From IMG/VR virus record IMGVR_UViG_3300042317_000390, positions 64,001-128,000 of that record: a stretch of 64,000 nucleotides of DNA. One strand, 5' to 3'. Position 1 is the first letter of the stretch, and each line of letters begins with the position of its first letter. Shown here one piece after another: positions 1 to 6,989 of the stretch. Source of the DNA: a virus. A program made the translations under genes and the position numbers. The notes under the pieces are model-generated. The model saw nothing but the letters and a program-made list of their open reading frames with translations, was not told where the DNA came from and did not search any database.

Positions 1-699
1 CCAGTTCTAAACGCAGAAGCCTTTGAATTCTTCAACGAGTTCGTTATGGCTGGTGATATGGAAATGCACACAGCTGGTTCTCTTAAAGGCGGTCAGATCG
101 TCTGGGGATTAGCTAAGATTAAGGATTCGTTTGAACTCTTCAAAGGAGATCAGATTGATTCTTATCTGCTGTTTACAAACTTCCACAAGTATGGCTTTAG
201 TACAGACGTTCGTTTCACTCCGATTCGAGTTGTCTGCAATAACACCTTAACTCTATCTTTATCATCTACCGTTGAACGTATGGTAAAGATTTCTCACCGT
301 AAGCAGTTCGTAGCGGCTGACGTTAAGGATATGCTTGGTATCGCTACGGATAAGCTTCAAAAGTATAAGGAAATGGCGGCTTTCCTTGGTTCTAAGAAGG
401 CTAAGCAAGAAAGCGTCGTTGAATACTTTGAGAGAATCTTTCCTCTTACCACAACTAAAGAGGATAACAAAGAACTCTCAAGAAACGCTAAGATTGCTTT
501 GGATGTTCTGCATACTCAGCCTGGATCTGAATACGCAGAGGGTAGCTGGTGGCAACCTTTCAACGCCGTTACCTTCATGACCGATCACGTTATTGGTCGT
601 AATGCCGATAATCGTTTAGCGTCATCTTGGTATGGTCAAAACAAGAATCTAAAGACCAAGGCTCTTGAATTAGCAGTAGAAATGGCAGACGCTGCCTAA
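1..699 (+). CDS. DUF932/TIGR03299-type phage/plasmid protein, 5'-truncated by window edge
   Basis: Frame is open from base 1 (PVLNAEAFEFFNEFV...). Motifs TAGSLKGG..VW.LAK and FTPIRVVCNNTL are typical of this family. Confidence 0.8.
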   Translation, partial: PVLNAEAFEFFNEFVMAGDMEMHTAGSLKGGQIVWGLAKIKDSFELFKGDQIDSYLLFTNFHKYGFSTDVRFTPIRVVCNNTLTLSLSSTVERMVKISHRKQFVAADVKDMLGIATDKLQKYKEMAAFLGSKKAKQESVVEYFERIFPLTTTKEDNKELSRNAKIALDVLHTQPGSEYAEGSWWQPFNAVTFMTDHVIGRNADNRLASSWYGQNKNLKTKALELAVEMADAA

Positions 700-706
700 T
701 AAAAAT

Positions 707-736
707 AAGGGGGTGGTTAAATTCCACCCCTTTTTT
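707..736 (+). terminator. Rho-independent terminator
   Basis: GGGGTGG-ttaaatt-CCACCCC hairpin followed by TTTTTT, directly after the stop at 699. Confidence 0.85.
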
Positions 737-758
737 CTATGTTTTTTAGTATTCATAC

Positions 759-786
759 TTTACTTTGTAGAAATCTAAGTTATACT
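759..786 (+). promoter_or_regulatory. Putative early/sigma70-like promoter TTTACT-N16-TATACT
   Basis: Resembles the T4-like early consensus (GTTTAC...TAnnnT). The same TTTACTTT-N14-TAnAnT layout recurs at 4571-4598 before the tRNA. Confidence 0.45.
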
Positions 787-809
787 GGGAGTTATATTCG
801 GAGGATATA

Positions 810-1919
810 ATGGCACGCGGAACGAAAAAGAAAATCTCAACCCGCTCAGAAGAATACATTATCAATAAAAAGCATTTAGGCGAAGAACCAACGTTCACCA
901 AACCTTTAACTAGGATTGATTACGCCAATGCTTTGAATTGGTATAACTACATGTGTAACTCTAGCGATGCTAGAGAATACATTACAACTTATCTAAAGAA
1001 CATAGGAAGACCAGAGGATGCTAAGAGACTTAAAGCAGTCAGCGATACTTGGATTCCTAATACTGTTGCTTGGGTGTGTAGACTTATTACACGTGGTTAC
1101 GTGCTCCCTGTTGAACCTAGCGGATTTATTGACGGAAGAATACGAGAGACATTAGATAGAGCCACTGAGGTTAAAGAAGATACTGATACTCCTAAGATTT
1201 CCATTCAAGATAGAATGAAAGAGAAATCTCGTGAGATCATAGGCGAGATAGAAGAAATGATTGATGGTCATTTCGAGAATAACGATGAGTTCTCTCTTTA
1301 CAACTGGTTACAGACCAACAATATACCAGCAGCTTATGCTTCTTCTATTGTATCCAAGTTCAATCCTATCCTTATAGAATTGATCGAAGCCTTTAAAGGT
1401 ACAGACGATCAACTCAAAGAAGGTTATAGGAGATATAAGAAAAGCGAACTTGAGAAGCTTATCTATTTTTATAATGGAATATGCGAAGACGCTGAAAGAT
1501 ATGCGAATGTTTCGAAGAAAGTTAAAGCCACACGTAAGCCCAGAACGGTTAGTGTGGAAAAGAAAATTAAGAACCTTAAATGGCAAAAAGAAGATGCAAC
1601 TTACAAGATTGCGTCGATCCTTCCTGAGAAAATTATCAATAGCCAAGAGTTATGGACGTTTAATACCAAATACAAGACGATCACGGTCTTACGCGCACAA
1701 GATAGGGGCGGTCTACAGGTTAAGGGCACGTCGATTACAAACTTTGATCCACAGAATTCATATACCAGAGGAACTGGTAGGAAAACTGAAGATACCGTTA
1801 GGCGGGTATTGGATGGAGGGAAGATCGTCTTGCGTAAGATTATGGACGAACTCAAGACAGAAAAAGCTTTGGCATACCGTATTAATGAAAACACGATCTT
1901 ACTGAGAGTTACAACATAA
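810..1919 (+). CDS. Hypothetical protein, 369 aa, basic
   Basis: Long ORF with a strong GGAGGA RBS. No motif recognised with confidence. Confidence 0.75.
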   Translation: MARGTKKKISTRSEEYIINKKHLGEEPTFTKPLTRIDYANALNWYNYMCNSSDAREYITTYLKNIGRPEDAKRLKAVSDTWIPNTVAWVCRLITRGYVLPVEPSGFIDGRIRETLDRATEVKEDTDTPKISIQDRMKEKSREIIGEIEEMIDGHFENNDEFSLYNWLQTNNIPAAYASSIVSKFNPILIELIEAFKGTDDQLKEGYRRYKKSELEKLIYFYNGICEDAERYANVSKKVKATRKPRTVSVEKKIKNLKWQKEDATYKIASILPEKIINSQELWTFNTKYKTITVLRAQDRGGLQVKGTSITNFDPQNSYTRGTGRKTEDTVRRVLDGGKIVLRKIMDELKTEKALAYRINENTILLRVTT

Positions 1920-2140
1920 TGCTAGATTATCTAATAAAAATAATTATAGGGTTATCAGTCTTTATTTTAGGATTGACAGTCTATGCGGCTATCAAAGAAG
2001 GAGAACTGAAAGACGCCTTCGATCAAGTGTGTAGAGATTCAGGTGGAGTCCCACTAAGAGCTACATATCACTATGATCCAAAGGAAAATAAAATACATTA
2101 CGTTTGTTTAAAATACACTTCGATTATGAACGTTGAATAA
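1919..2140 (+). CDS. Small membrane-anchored protein
   Basis: N-terminal hydrophobic helix and two Cys. TAATG coupling to the upstream gene. Confidence 0.7.
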   Translation: MLDYLIKIIIGLSVFILGLTVYAAIKEGELKDAFDQVCRDSGGVPLRATYHYDPKENKIHYVCLKYTSIMNVE

Positions 2141-2150
2141 AGGATATATA

Positions 2151-2510
2151 ATGAATAAACTATTTACTACATGCGCATTAGCATCGATGATGTTTATCGG
2201 ATATAATATTGCTAATGCATCAGAGACAACGGAACTTAAGTGCTATCCTAATGATGTATTCATGAAGCTTATCGATGAAAAGGCTCTGGTAACTCTTTAC
2301 AACGGAGAAAAGAACGGTAAGATTAATGAAGTTATGATGACCAAGGATCGTCACCTATATATTGTAGAATACGATAGGGCAGCAGACGGTAACGCTCTAC
2401 AAGCAAAGCAATATTGCGTAATTGGTATTCTAAACGATGTGACATTTAACGATTCAGCTATTGAGTTTCTCTCAAAGCTACTTGACAAGTATAAAGGACA
2501 AAAGACATGA
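2151..2510 (+). CDS. Secreted/periplasmic hypothetical protein
   Basis: Likely start is ATG 2151 after AAGGA. Signal peptide ending ...ANA-SE, and a Cys pair in the mature part. Confidence 0.65.
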   Translation: MNKLFTTCALASMMFIGYNIANASETTELKCYPNDVFMKLIDEKALVTLYNGEKNGKINEVMMTKDRHLYIVEYDRAADGNALQAKQYCVIGILNDVTFNDSAIEFLSKLLDKYKGQKT

Positions 2511-2776
2511 GTATTCTAGGACCAGATGGCGCAATACCTTATAATAGTTTTACTACTGGTGGATTAGTTAAGAAGAATCCAATTAATGATATTCGTATGG
2601 TTATGTTTCCTAAGATGGTAGTACATCCAGAAACTAAGCAGATGGTAATGGTTCCAATGCAAGATCTTCAGTATAAGCGTGAAGGATCTGAAGAATGGTT
2701 CTCAGTGGGTATCCATGAGACTGAGAAGCACGAGTTTAATCCCGAAGACAAGACAGAGGTCACTAATGAAAATTGA
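2507..2776 (+). CDS. Hypothetical protein
   Basis: ATGA overlap with the previous gene and AAGGA RBS. Confidence 0.7.
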   Translation: MSILGPDGAIPYNSFTTGGLVKKNPINDIRMVMFPKMVVHPETKQMVMVPMQDLQYKREGSEEWFSVGIHETEKHEFNPEDKTEVTNEN

Positions 2777-3047
2777 GTTTAGTCGGTATTCATCAGACGC
2801 CTTAGATGAAATTCTTAACGCTCTTATCATTGAAGATTGGCAAAATGTTAGGGATGAAGTCAAGCGTCTTAAGAAGAGTTTGAAAAATAAAGACTCAAAT
2901 TCAAGTTACAAAAATGTGTTAGAAGAAGATCTGAAGTTCAATAAAAAGGTCAAGAAGGCATACGAAACTATTCTGCGTTATTGTCTTCCTTATGAACGAG
3001 CGAAGGAATTGTTAGGAGAAGAGAAGTGCAAGGAAAATGGTCAGTAG
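2766..3047 (+). CDS. Hypothetical protein (likely start ATG 2766, MKIEFSRY...)
   Basis: GAGG RBS before 2766. The upstream extension given in the ORF track overlaps the previous gene. Confidence 0.65.
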   Translation: MKIEFSRYSSDALDEILNALIIEDWQNVRDEVKRLKKSLKNKDSNSSYKNVLEEDLKFNKKVKKAYETILRYCLPYERAKELLGEEKCKENGQ

Positions 3048-3247
3048 TTGGTTCCGCTTGGAACGAAGAATCGGAAGTTATGGTAAAGTATATTTGGGAA
3101 AAGACTGGCGTTGAGCCAAAATACTTTGCTCTATATTCAACCATGATGGCGTTTATTCGTCACGCTGGAATTGATGAGAACCATCCTATTGCGTTTCGTA
3201 ACGGACACTTGATTGGTAATATCGAAAATGTCAGGAGGGTAATATGA
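3026..3247 (+). CDS. Hypothetical protein
   Basis: GTG start after AGGAGAAGAG. Tiles between neighbouring genes. Confidence 0.6.
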   Translation: MQGKWSVVGSAWNEESEVMVKYIWEKTGVEPKYFALYSTMMAFIRHAGIDENHPIAFRNGHLIGNIENVRRVI

Positions 3248-3363
3248 GAAAAGTATATCTTGGTATCGCACTGGTGTTTCTTAGTTTGGGTTTGTCTGGT
3301 TGCTTGGTGGCGACCATCGGTGAGTGCATTGTACGGGATTCAACTAACCGTCCCTGTAACTGA
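3244..3363 (+). CDS. 39-aa lipoprotein (not in ORF track): MRKVYLGIALVFLSLGLSG-CLVATIGECIVRDSTNRPCN
   Basis: AGGAGG RBS, ATGA overlap, basic N-terminus, hydrophobic core and LSGC lipobox. Confidence 0.7.
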   Translation: MRKVYLGIALVFLSLGLSGCLVATIGECIVRDSTNRPCN

Positions 3364-3402
3364 ACCAGTTATAGAAGACTTTGAAAACGAATTGGATACG
3401 CA

Positions 3403-3576
3403 ATGAAAGAATTAACTGATTCTAAAGCAATAGATATTGCTACTTTAGTAAAATATGTTGTTTGGAGCAAAGATAAGGTAGCTGGAGGAGTAAGTCAAGA
3501 AAACGCAATGCACGCTTTATCTAGACTTATTGATTATCCTATTGACTTAATGAACAAAATAGCAGCAAAAGAATGA
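3403..3576 (+). CDS. 57-aa hypothetical protein (not in ORF track)
   Basis: MKELTDSKAIDIATLVKY...KIAAKE. Its stop overlaps the ATG of the 3573 gene (ATGA). Confidence 0.6.
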   Translation: MKELTDSKAIDIATLVKYVVWSKDKVAGGVSQENAMHALSRLIDYPIDLMNKIAAKE

Positions 3577-3857
3577 AGAAATTATTGGTAATTTTTTCAT
3601 TCGTTCCTTCTTTAGCGTTCGCATCAGAAGATGTCGTATGTGAAAAGAAAGTAATGGATAGTCATATAGTCCACTGTAAATCAAAAAAGGTGATCGACGT
3701 TTCGTTGGTCAGCATTAATGGCGGTCAGTGTAATGCTCCTTCGTTTCACTGGCATGGTTCAGGAGGATTTTCAATCCCAGGCACCAAAGAATGTAGTTAC
3801 GTTGGAGCAGTCACTTTATCGATTAATGGACACACAAAAACATTTGCTCCTTTATAA
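3573..3857 (+). CDS. Small secreted Cys-rich protein
   Basis: Signal peptide MKKLLVIFSFVPSLAFA-S and four Cys in the mature part. Confidence 0.7.
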   Translation: MKKLLVIFSFVPSLAFASEDVVCEKKVMDSHIVHCKSKKVIDVSLVSINGGQCNAPSFHWHGSGGFSIPGTKECSYVGAVTLSINGHTKTFAPL

Positions 3858-3860
3858 ATA
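3853..3860 (+). promoter_or_regulatory. T4-type late promoter TATAAATA upstream of tmRNA
   Basis: Exact gp55 consensus a few nt before the tmRNA acceptor piece. Confidence 0.75.
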
Positions 3861-3865
3861 AGTTT

Positions 3866-4178
3866 GCCGAGGTCGTTGAGAGACGAAATATAGGTTTCTT
3901 GGACGTGGGGGCAGTTCCCACCGCCTCCACCATAGATACATAGATCGGAAGTGGATGAAAAAGGATACACACACCCGATTATGCAGTTGCCTTTTACCTG
4001 CAACTATGTATCTTTGATGGGGGCGATTCAGGTTCGACAGGATTCAGTAAGGTCGTAAGGAGATCGAAGGCGAAACGTAGATGCAAACGATAACGACGCA
4101 TCTTTTGGAGTTTATGCTCTAGTAGCATAATCCATTGGGCTGGCGACTTGCCTAGAAACAGAAAAGTCTGCTTTTTTT
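3866..4178 (+). ncRNA. ssrA: Circularly permuted (two-piece) tmRNA: acceptor piece ~3866-3932, intervening segment 3933-4018, coding piece 4019-~4171
   Basis: The T-arm GTGGG-GGCAGTT-CCCAC plus CGCCTCC-A-CCA (ends 3932) precedes the 5' strand GGGGGCG (4019). Together they give a 7-bp acceptor stem with G3.U70. Tag frame 4083-4130 encodes ANDNDASFGVYALVA*. A U-run follows at 4172-4179. Outer ends are approximate. Confidence 0.93.
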
Positions 4179-4194
4179 TATTTAAAGGATTGGT

Positions 4195-4566
4195 ATGGCT
4201 AATTGTATTGATTGTGGCGTTAAACTTACATCAAAAAACGCACATAAGAAAAAACAAGATTCTAAAGCTTTTGAATCGCGTTGTAAATCATGTACCAATA
4301 AAAAACGACATCAAGCTATTACTAAATTAAAACTGAAAGCCATTGATTATCTTGGTGGTAAGTGTAGTAATTGTGGGTATGATAAGTTTTATGGTGCTTT
4401 AGATTTTCATCATGTTAATCCATCAGAAAAAGAACATAGTTGGGGAACTTTGAGGAATCGTAATTGGGAATATATAAAAGAAGAATTGGATAAATGTATT
4501 TGTCTTTGTTCTAACTGTCATAGAGAATTACATCATCAATTACATCTAAATGGAACTAACGATTAA
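4195..4566 (+). CDS. HNH endonuclease with CxxC zinc sites
   Basis: CSNCGY...ALDFHHVNP...CICLCSNCHRELH motif plus N-terminal CxxC pairs. AAGGA RBS. Confidence 0.85.
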   Translation: MANCIDCGVKLTSKNAHKKKQDSKAFESRCKSCTNKKRHQAITKLKLKAIDYLGGKCSNCGYDKFYGALDFHHVNPSEKEHSWGTLRNRNWEYIKEELDKCICLCSNCHRELHHQLHLNGTND

Positions 4567-4570
4567 CAGG

Positions 4571-4598
4571 TTTACTTTTTTCTCTATCGTAGTAGATT
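4571..4598 (+). promoter_or_regulatory. Putative early-type promoter for the tRNA (GTTTACT-N16-TAGATT)
   Basis: Same spacing as the 759-786 element. It ends 9 nt before the tRNA 5' end. Confidence 0.45.
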
Positions 4599-4607
4599 AT
4601 ATCTAAC

Positions 4608-4684
4608 GATTCCGTAGCTCAGCTGGATAGAGCAACTGCCTTCTAAGCAGTAGGTCATTGGTTCGAATCCAATCGGAATCGCCA
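4608..4684 (+). tRNA. tRNA-Arg(UCU) with encoded CCA
   Basis: Full cloverleaf: GATTCCG/CGGAATC acceptor, GCTC/GAGC D-stem, ACTGC-CTTCTAA-GCAGT anticodon arm, ATTGG-TTCGAAT-CCAAT T-arm, GCCA end. Confidence 0.97.
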
Positions 4685-4692
4685 TATAAATA
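4685..4692 (+). promoter_or_regulatory. Late promoter TATAAATA
   Basis: Exact consensus immediately after the tRNA CCA, upstream of small ORFs and the L,D-transpeptidase. Confidence 0.65.
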
Positions 4693-4722
4693 TAAAAACC
4701 TATCATATTTGGGGAGAACAAA

Positions 4723-4833
4723 ATGTCAAGACATAATCATTGGCTTTGGAATAGTTCTTTCATCAATCAACTACATCAATCATTGTTAAAACTAACATCT
4801 TGGCTCTGGCGCAAGCAGAATCATAATCACTGA
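4723..4833 (+). CDS. 36-aa Trp/His-rich peptide (not in ORF track): MSRHNHWLWNSSFINQLHQSLLKLTSWLWRKQNHNH
   Basis: GGGGAG RBS at proper spacing, directly downstream of a late promoter. Confidence 0.55.
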   Translation: MSRHNHWLWNSSFINQLHQSLLKLTSWLWRKQNHNH

Positions 4834-4849
4834 TATTGGAGTATATATT

Positions 4850-5056
4850 ATGGCGCTTTATCATGGGCACAAAGAATATGGTGCTGTTTATTATCTTACA
4901 ATAATCGCAATCTGGCTCGTATTTGCTGTTGGTTGGGTTATGAATATTATTTCAATTTGGAACACGATGGATAATCCCTTAACGGCCAAGTTCATTCTTC
5001 GCTGTATCGGTGTTTTCGTTGGTCCAGTTGGCGCTATTCTAGGGTATCTTTCATGA
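4850..5056 (+). CDS. Small two-TM membrane protein
   Basis: Two hydrophobic segments and a GGAG RBS. Confidence 0.75.
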   Translation: MALYHGHKEYGAVYYLTIIAIWLVFAVGWVMNIISIWNTMDNPLTAKFILRCIGVFVGPVGAILGYLS

Positions 5057-5454
5057 ATAAACTATTAGTCGTTGCTGCTATTTTATTTTCTACTTCTGCT
5101 CTAGCTGATTTTGATATTGTAATCTCAAAACGTAAACAGACTATGAGCGTTTATGACGGTGGAGAGCTTATGGACGTATGGCCAGTCTCTACTGCTCGTA
5201 GAGGTTATTATACCCCTACTGGAACTTTCCATCCTTATGCCTATCAACCCATGCACTACTCAAAGAAATACGACAATGCGCCGATGCCCAATTCTATCTT
5301 TTTTAGCGGTGGTTATGCAATTCACGCTACTCCTCATGTTGGTGCTTTGGGTAGACCCGCTTCTCACGGCTGCGTTCGCCTTTCTCCAAGCAATGCTTCT
5401 ACTCTTTATAATATGACCAAAGGTGAATACACAACAATCACAATTAAGGAATAA
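5053..5454 (+). CDS. L,D-transpeptidase (YkuD family), secreted
   Basis: Signal peptide ending ...ALA-D. Motifs WPVSTA..GY.TPTG and catalytic AIHAT...LGRPASHGCVRL. Confidence 0.92.
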   Translation: MNKLLVVAAILFSTSALADFDIVISKRKQTMSVYDGGELMDVWPVSTARRGYYTPTGTFHPYAYQPMHYSKKYDNAPMPNSIFFSGGYAIHATPHVGALGRPASHGCVRLSPSNASTLYNMTKGEYTTITIKE

Positions 5455-5458
5455 TTCT

Positions 5459-5641
5459 ATGCAATCTAAAGAGTCTTATTCATATTCACATGCCAGCACT
5501 GTAATGTGGTCATTACAACAGGAATTGAATAGAAACAAGGCTCTTAGAACTAATGATTTGCACATACAGGAATATCTTGAAAGAAGAATTAAGGAATTGA
5601 AGGAATATGAAAAACAATGTTTAAAAATTCAAGCTTCGTAG
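5459..5641 (+). CDS. Hypothetical protein (likely start 5459)
   Basis: AAGGA RBS before ATG 5459. Helical, charged sequence. Confidence 0.55.
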   Translation: MQSKESYSYSHASTVMWSLQQELNRNKALRTNDLHIQEYLERRIKELKEYEKQCLKIQAS

Positions 5642-5835
5642 AAGAGATAGAATCTCTCTGCAAAGACAAAAACATAGAATATATTGATGCTGTTGTGTTT
5701 TGGTGCCAGAAGAACAATCTTGAGATTGAAACAGCTGCATACTGGATCAAGAAAGACCCAGTGATGAAATCCAAGATTCAGCTTGAGGCTGAAAATTTAA
5801 ATGTTTTGAAGCGGGGCGCACGCCTTCCAATATAA
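5617..5835 (+). CDS. 33: Late transcription co-activator gp33
   Basis: F..EIE...K.IEYIDA.V.WC.KN.LEIE...K.KI..EAE.LN.L pattern, and position upstream of gp59-gp32. Confidence 0.85.
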   Translation: MFKNSSFVEEIESLCKDKNIEYIDAVVFWCQKNNLEIETAAYWIKKDPVMKSKIQLEAENLNVLKRGARLPI

Positions 5836-5838
5836 ATA
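5831..5838 (+). promoter_or_regulatory. Late promoter TATAAATA embedded in an RBS-occluding hairpin
   Basis: Exact consensus. The flanks TCCAA (5826-5830) and TTGGA (5855-5859) pair over the SD. Confidence 0.7.
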
Positions 5839-5866
5839 AATGGTTAAACCATTGTTGGAGGCCAAT

Positions 5867-6373
5867 ATGCTTTTAAAAACAATTGGCAAGCCAGCACATG
5901 TACCGAATACCGTGATAAAAAAGGCAGTGGTTTTCTACGCAAAATATTTGTTAGGCGCTGGAAAGTTATATGAAAACATACAATTAACTGTGATTTTTGA
6001 AAAGTTTGCAGAAAACGACAATGATTACGGTTACTGTGACTGGGTTGACGATAACCATTGCAGCAGAGTATTCAATATAACCATTGACAGATCTCTCAGC
6101 AAGAAAGAAACACTTTTAGCCTTGGCGCATGAGATGGTGCATCTCAAGCAGTATGCCAAAGGCGAGTTGAAAGATATATTCAGACCCATGAGAATGGTGA
6201 AATGGCATGGTGACAGGTATCTACATGAGAAAATGGACTATTGGGAGCAGCCTTGGGAAATAGAGGCTTATGGTCGTGAGAAGGGATTATACTTCAAATT
6301 CCTTAATTATTTGAAAACTGGTGAATGTGAGATTATTAAATGTCCTCCTTTGAAGTCTATAAAGATTACATAG
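5867..6373 (+). CDS. Zn-dependent metallopeptidase (HEXXH)
   Basis: LAHEMVHLKQY plus downstream PWEIEAY. Likely start ATG 5867 after GGAGG. Confidence 0.8.
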   Translation: MLLKTIGKPAHVPNTVIKKAVVFYAKYLLGAGKLYENIQLTVIFEKFAENDNDYGYCDWVDDNHCSRVFNITIDRSLSKKETLLALAHEMVHLKQYAKGELKDIFRPMRMVKWHGDRYLHEKMDYWEQPWEIEAYGREKGLYFKFLNYLKTGECEIIKCPPLKSIKIT

Positions 6374-6918
6374 CTCTTAAAAACCATTTCACTAAGAAAG
6401 AATATGACTACATAAAGTATAATGGTAAGACTGGTGTAAAGGCAGCGTCGTTTGCCAAACGCAAGGATAAAATCTTCTTTGACAAACTTGCGAAAAATCA
6501 GGATTACCATGAGTTTCTTATTGCTAATCTTAGTGACAATCCGAAGCTTTGGATTCGTGATCTTGCATATTCAGATGATGCTCAACTAAAGTTTCAGACT
6601 TGGAAGAAACGTAACCAATCTCTTTCATATATCTTTAAACAAGAAACCAACGAACATCTTTGTAAACCGTTCAATTACAACTTTGTTTGTAAGGATGGTG
6701 AGCATCCTATTCTCTTGAAACTATATCTGAGAAATGCTATATGTTTAGAGACTTTCTGTGTAATTTTAGATTTAACAGAATCTATTCCGTTCTTTGATAG
6801 GAAAATGGAATACGATCCAGTGTGGGAGGAAATCAGTCTAAAGGCAAAGAAATACATTCCGTTCATAAAATATGATAAAGATAAATTCCGTAAAATATTA
6901 CTAGACTTTTACGGCTAA
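6340..6918 (+). CDS. 59: Helicase loader gp59
   Basis: Y..Y.ALKNHFT...YDY.KYNGK...F.KRKDK.FF.KL motif, and position immediately upstream of gp32. Confidence 0.92.
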   Translation: MSSFEVYKDYIALKNHFTKKEYDYIKYNGKTGVKAASFAKRKDKIFFDKLAKNQDYHEFLIANLSDNPKLWIRDLAYSDDAQLKFQTWKKRNQSLSYIFKQETNEHLCKPFNYNFVCKDGEHPILLKLYLRNAICLETFCVILDLTESIPFFDRKMEYDPVWEEISLKAKKYIPFIKYDKDKFRKILLDFYG

Positions 6919-6927
6919 TTGAAGTAG

Positions 6928-6935
6928 TATAAATA
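6928..6935 (+). promoter_or_regulatory. Late promoter TATAAATA for gene 32
   Basis: Exact consensus in the 59-32 intergenic region. Confidence 0.7.
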
Positions 6936-6989
6936 TATCGGGTGATACAAATGCCCGTTATACAAACATACGATCATACGGAGATTAAT

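Noticed and set aside
3901-3932. Possible tRNA-Ala fragment or attachment site
   Set aside because: Explained as the acceptor piece of the permuted tmRNA. The matching 5' strand and tag frame lie downstream, and no integrase is present.
3797-4330. ORF-track entries 3797..4003 (-) and 4148..4330 (+)
   Set aside because: They overlap the tmRNA and the HNH gene, and have no RBS or recognisable motifs.
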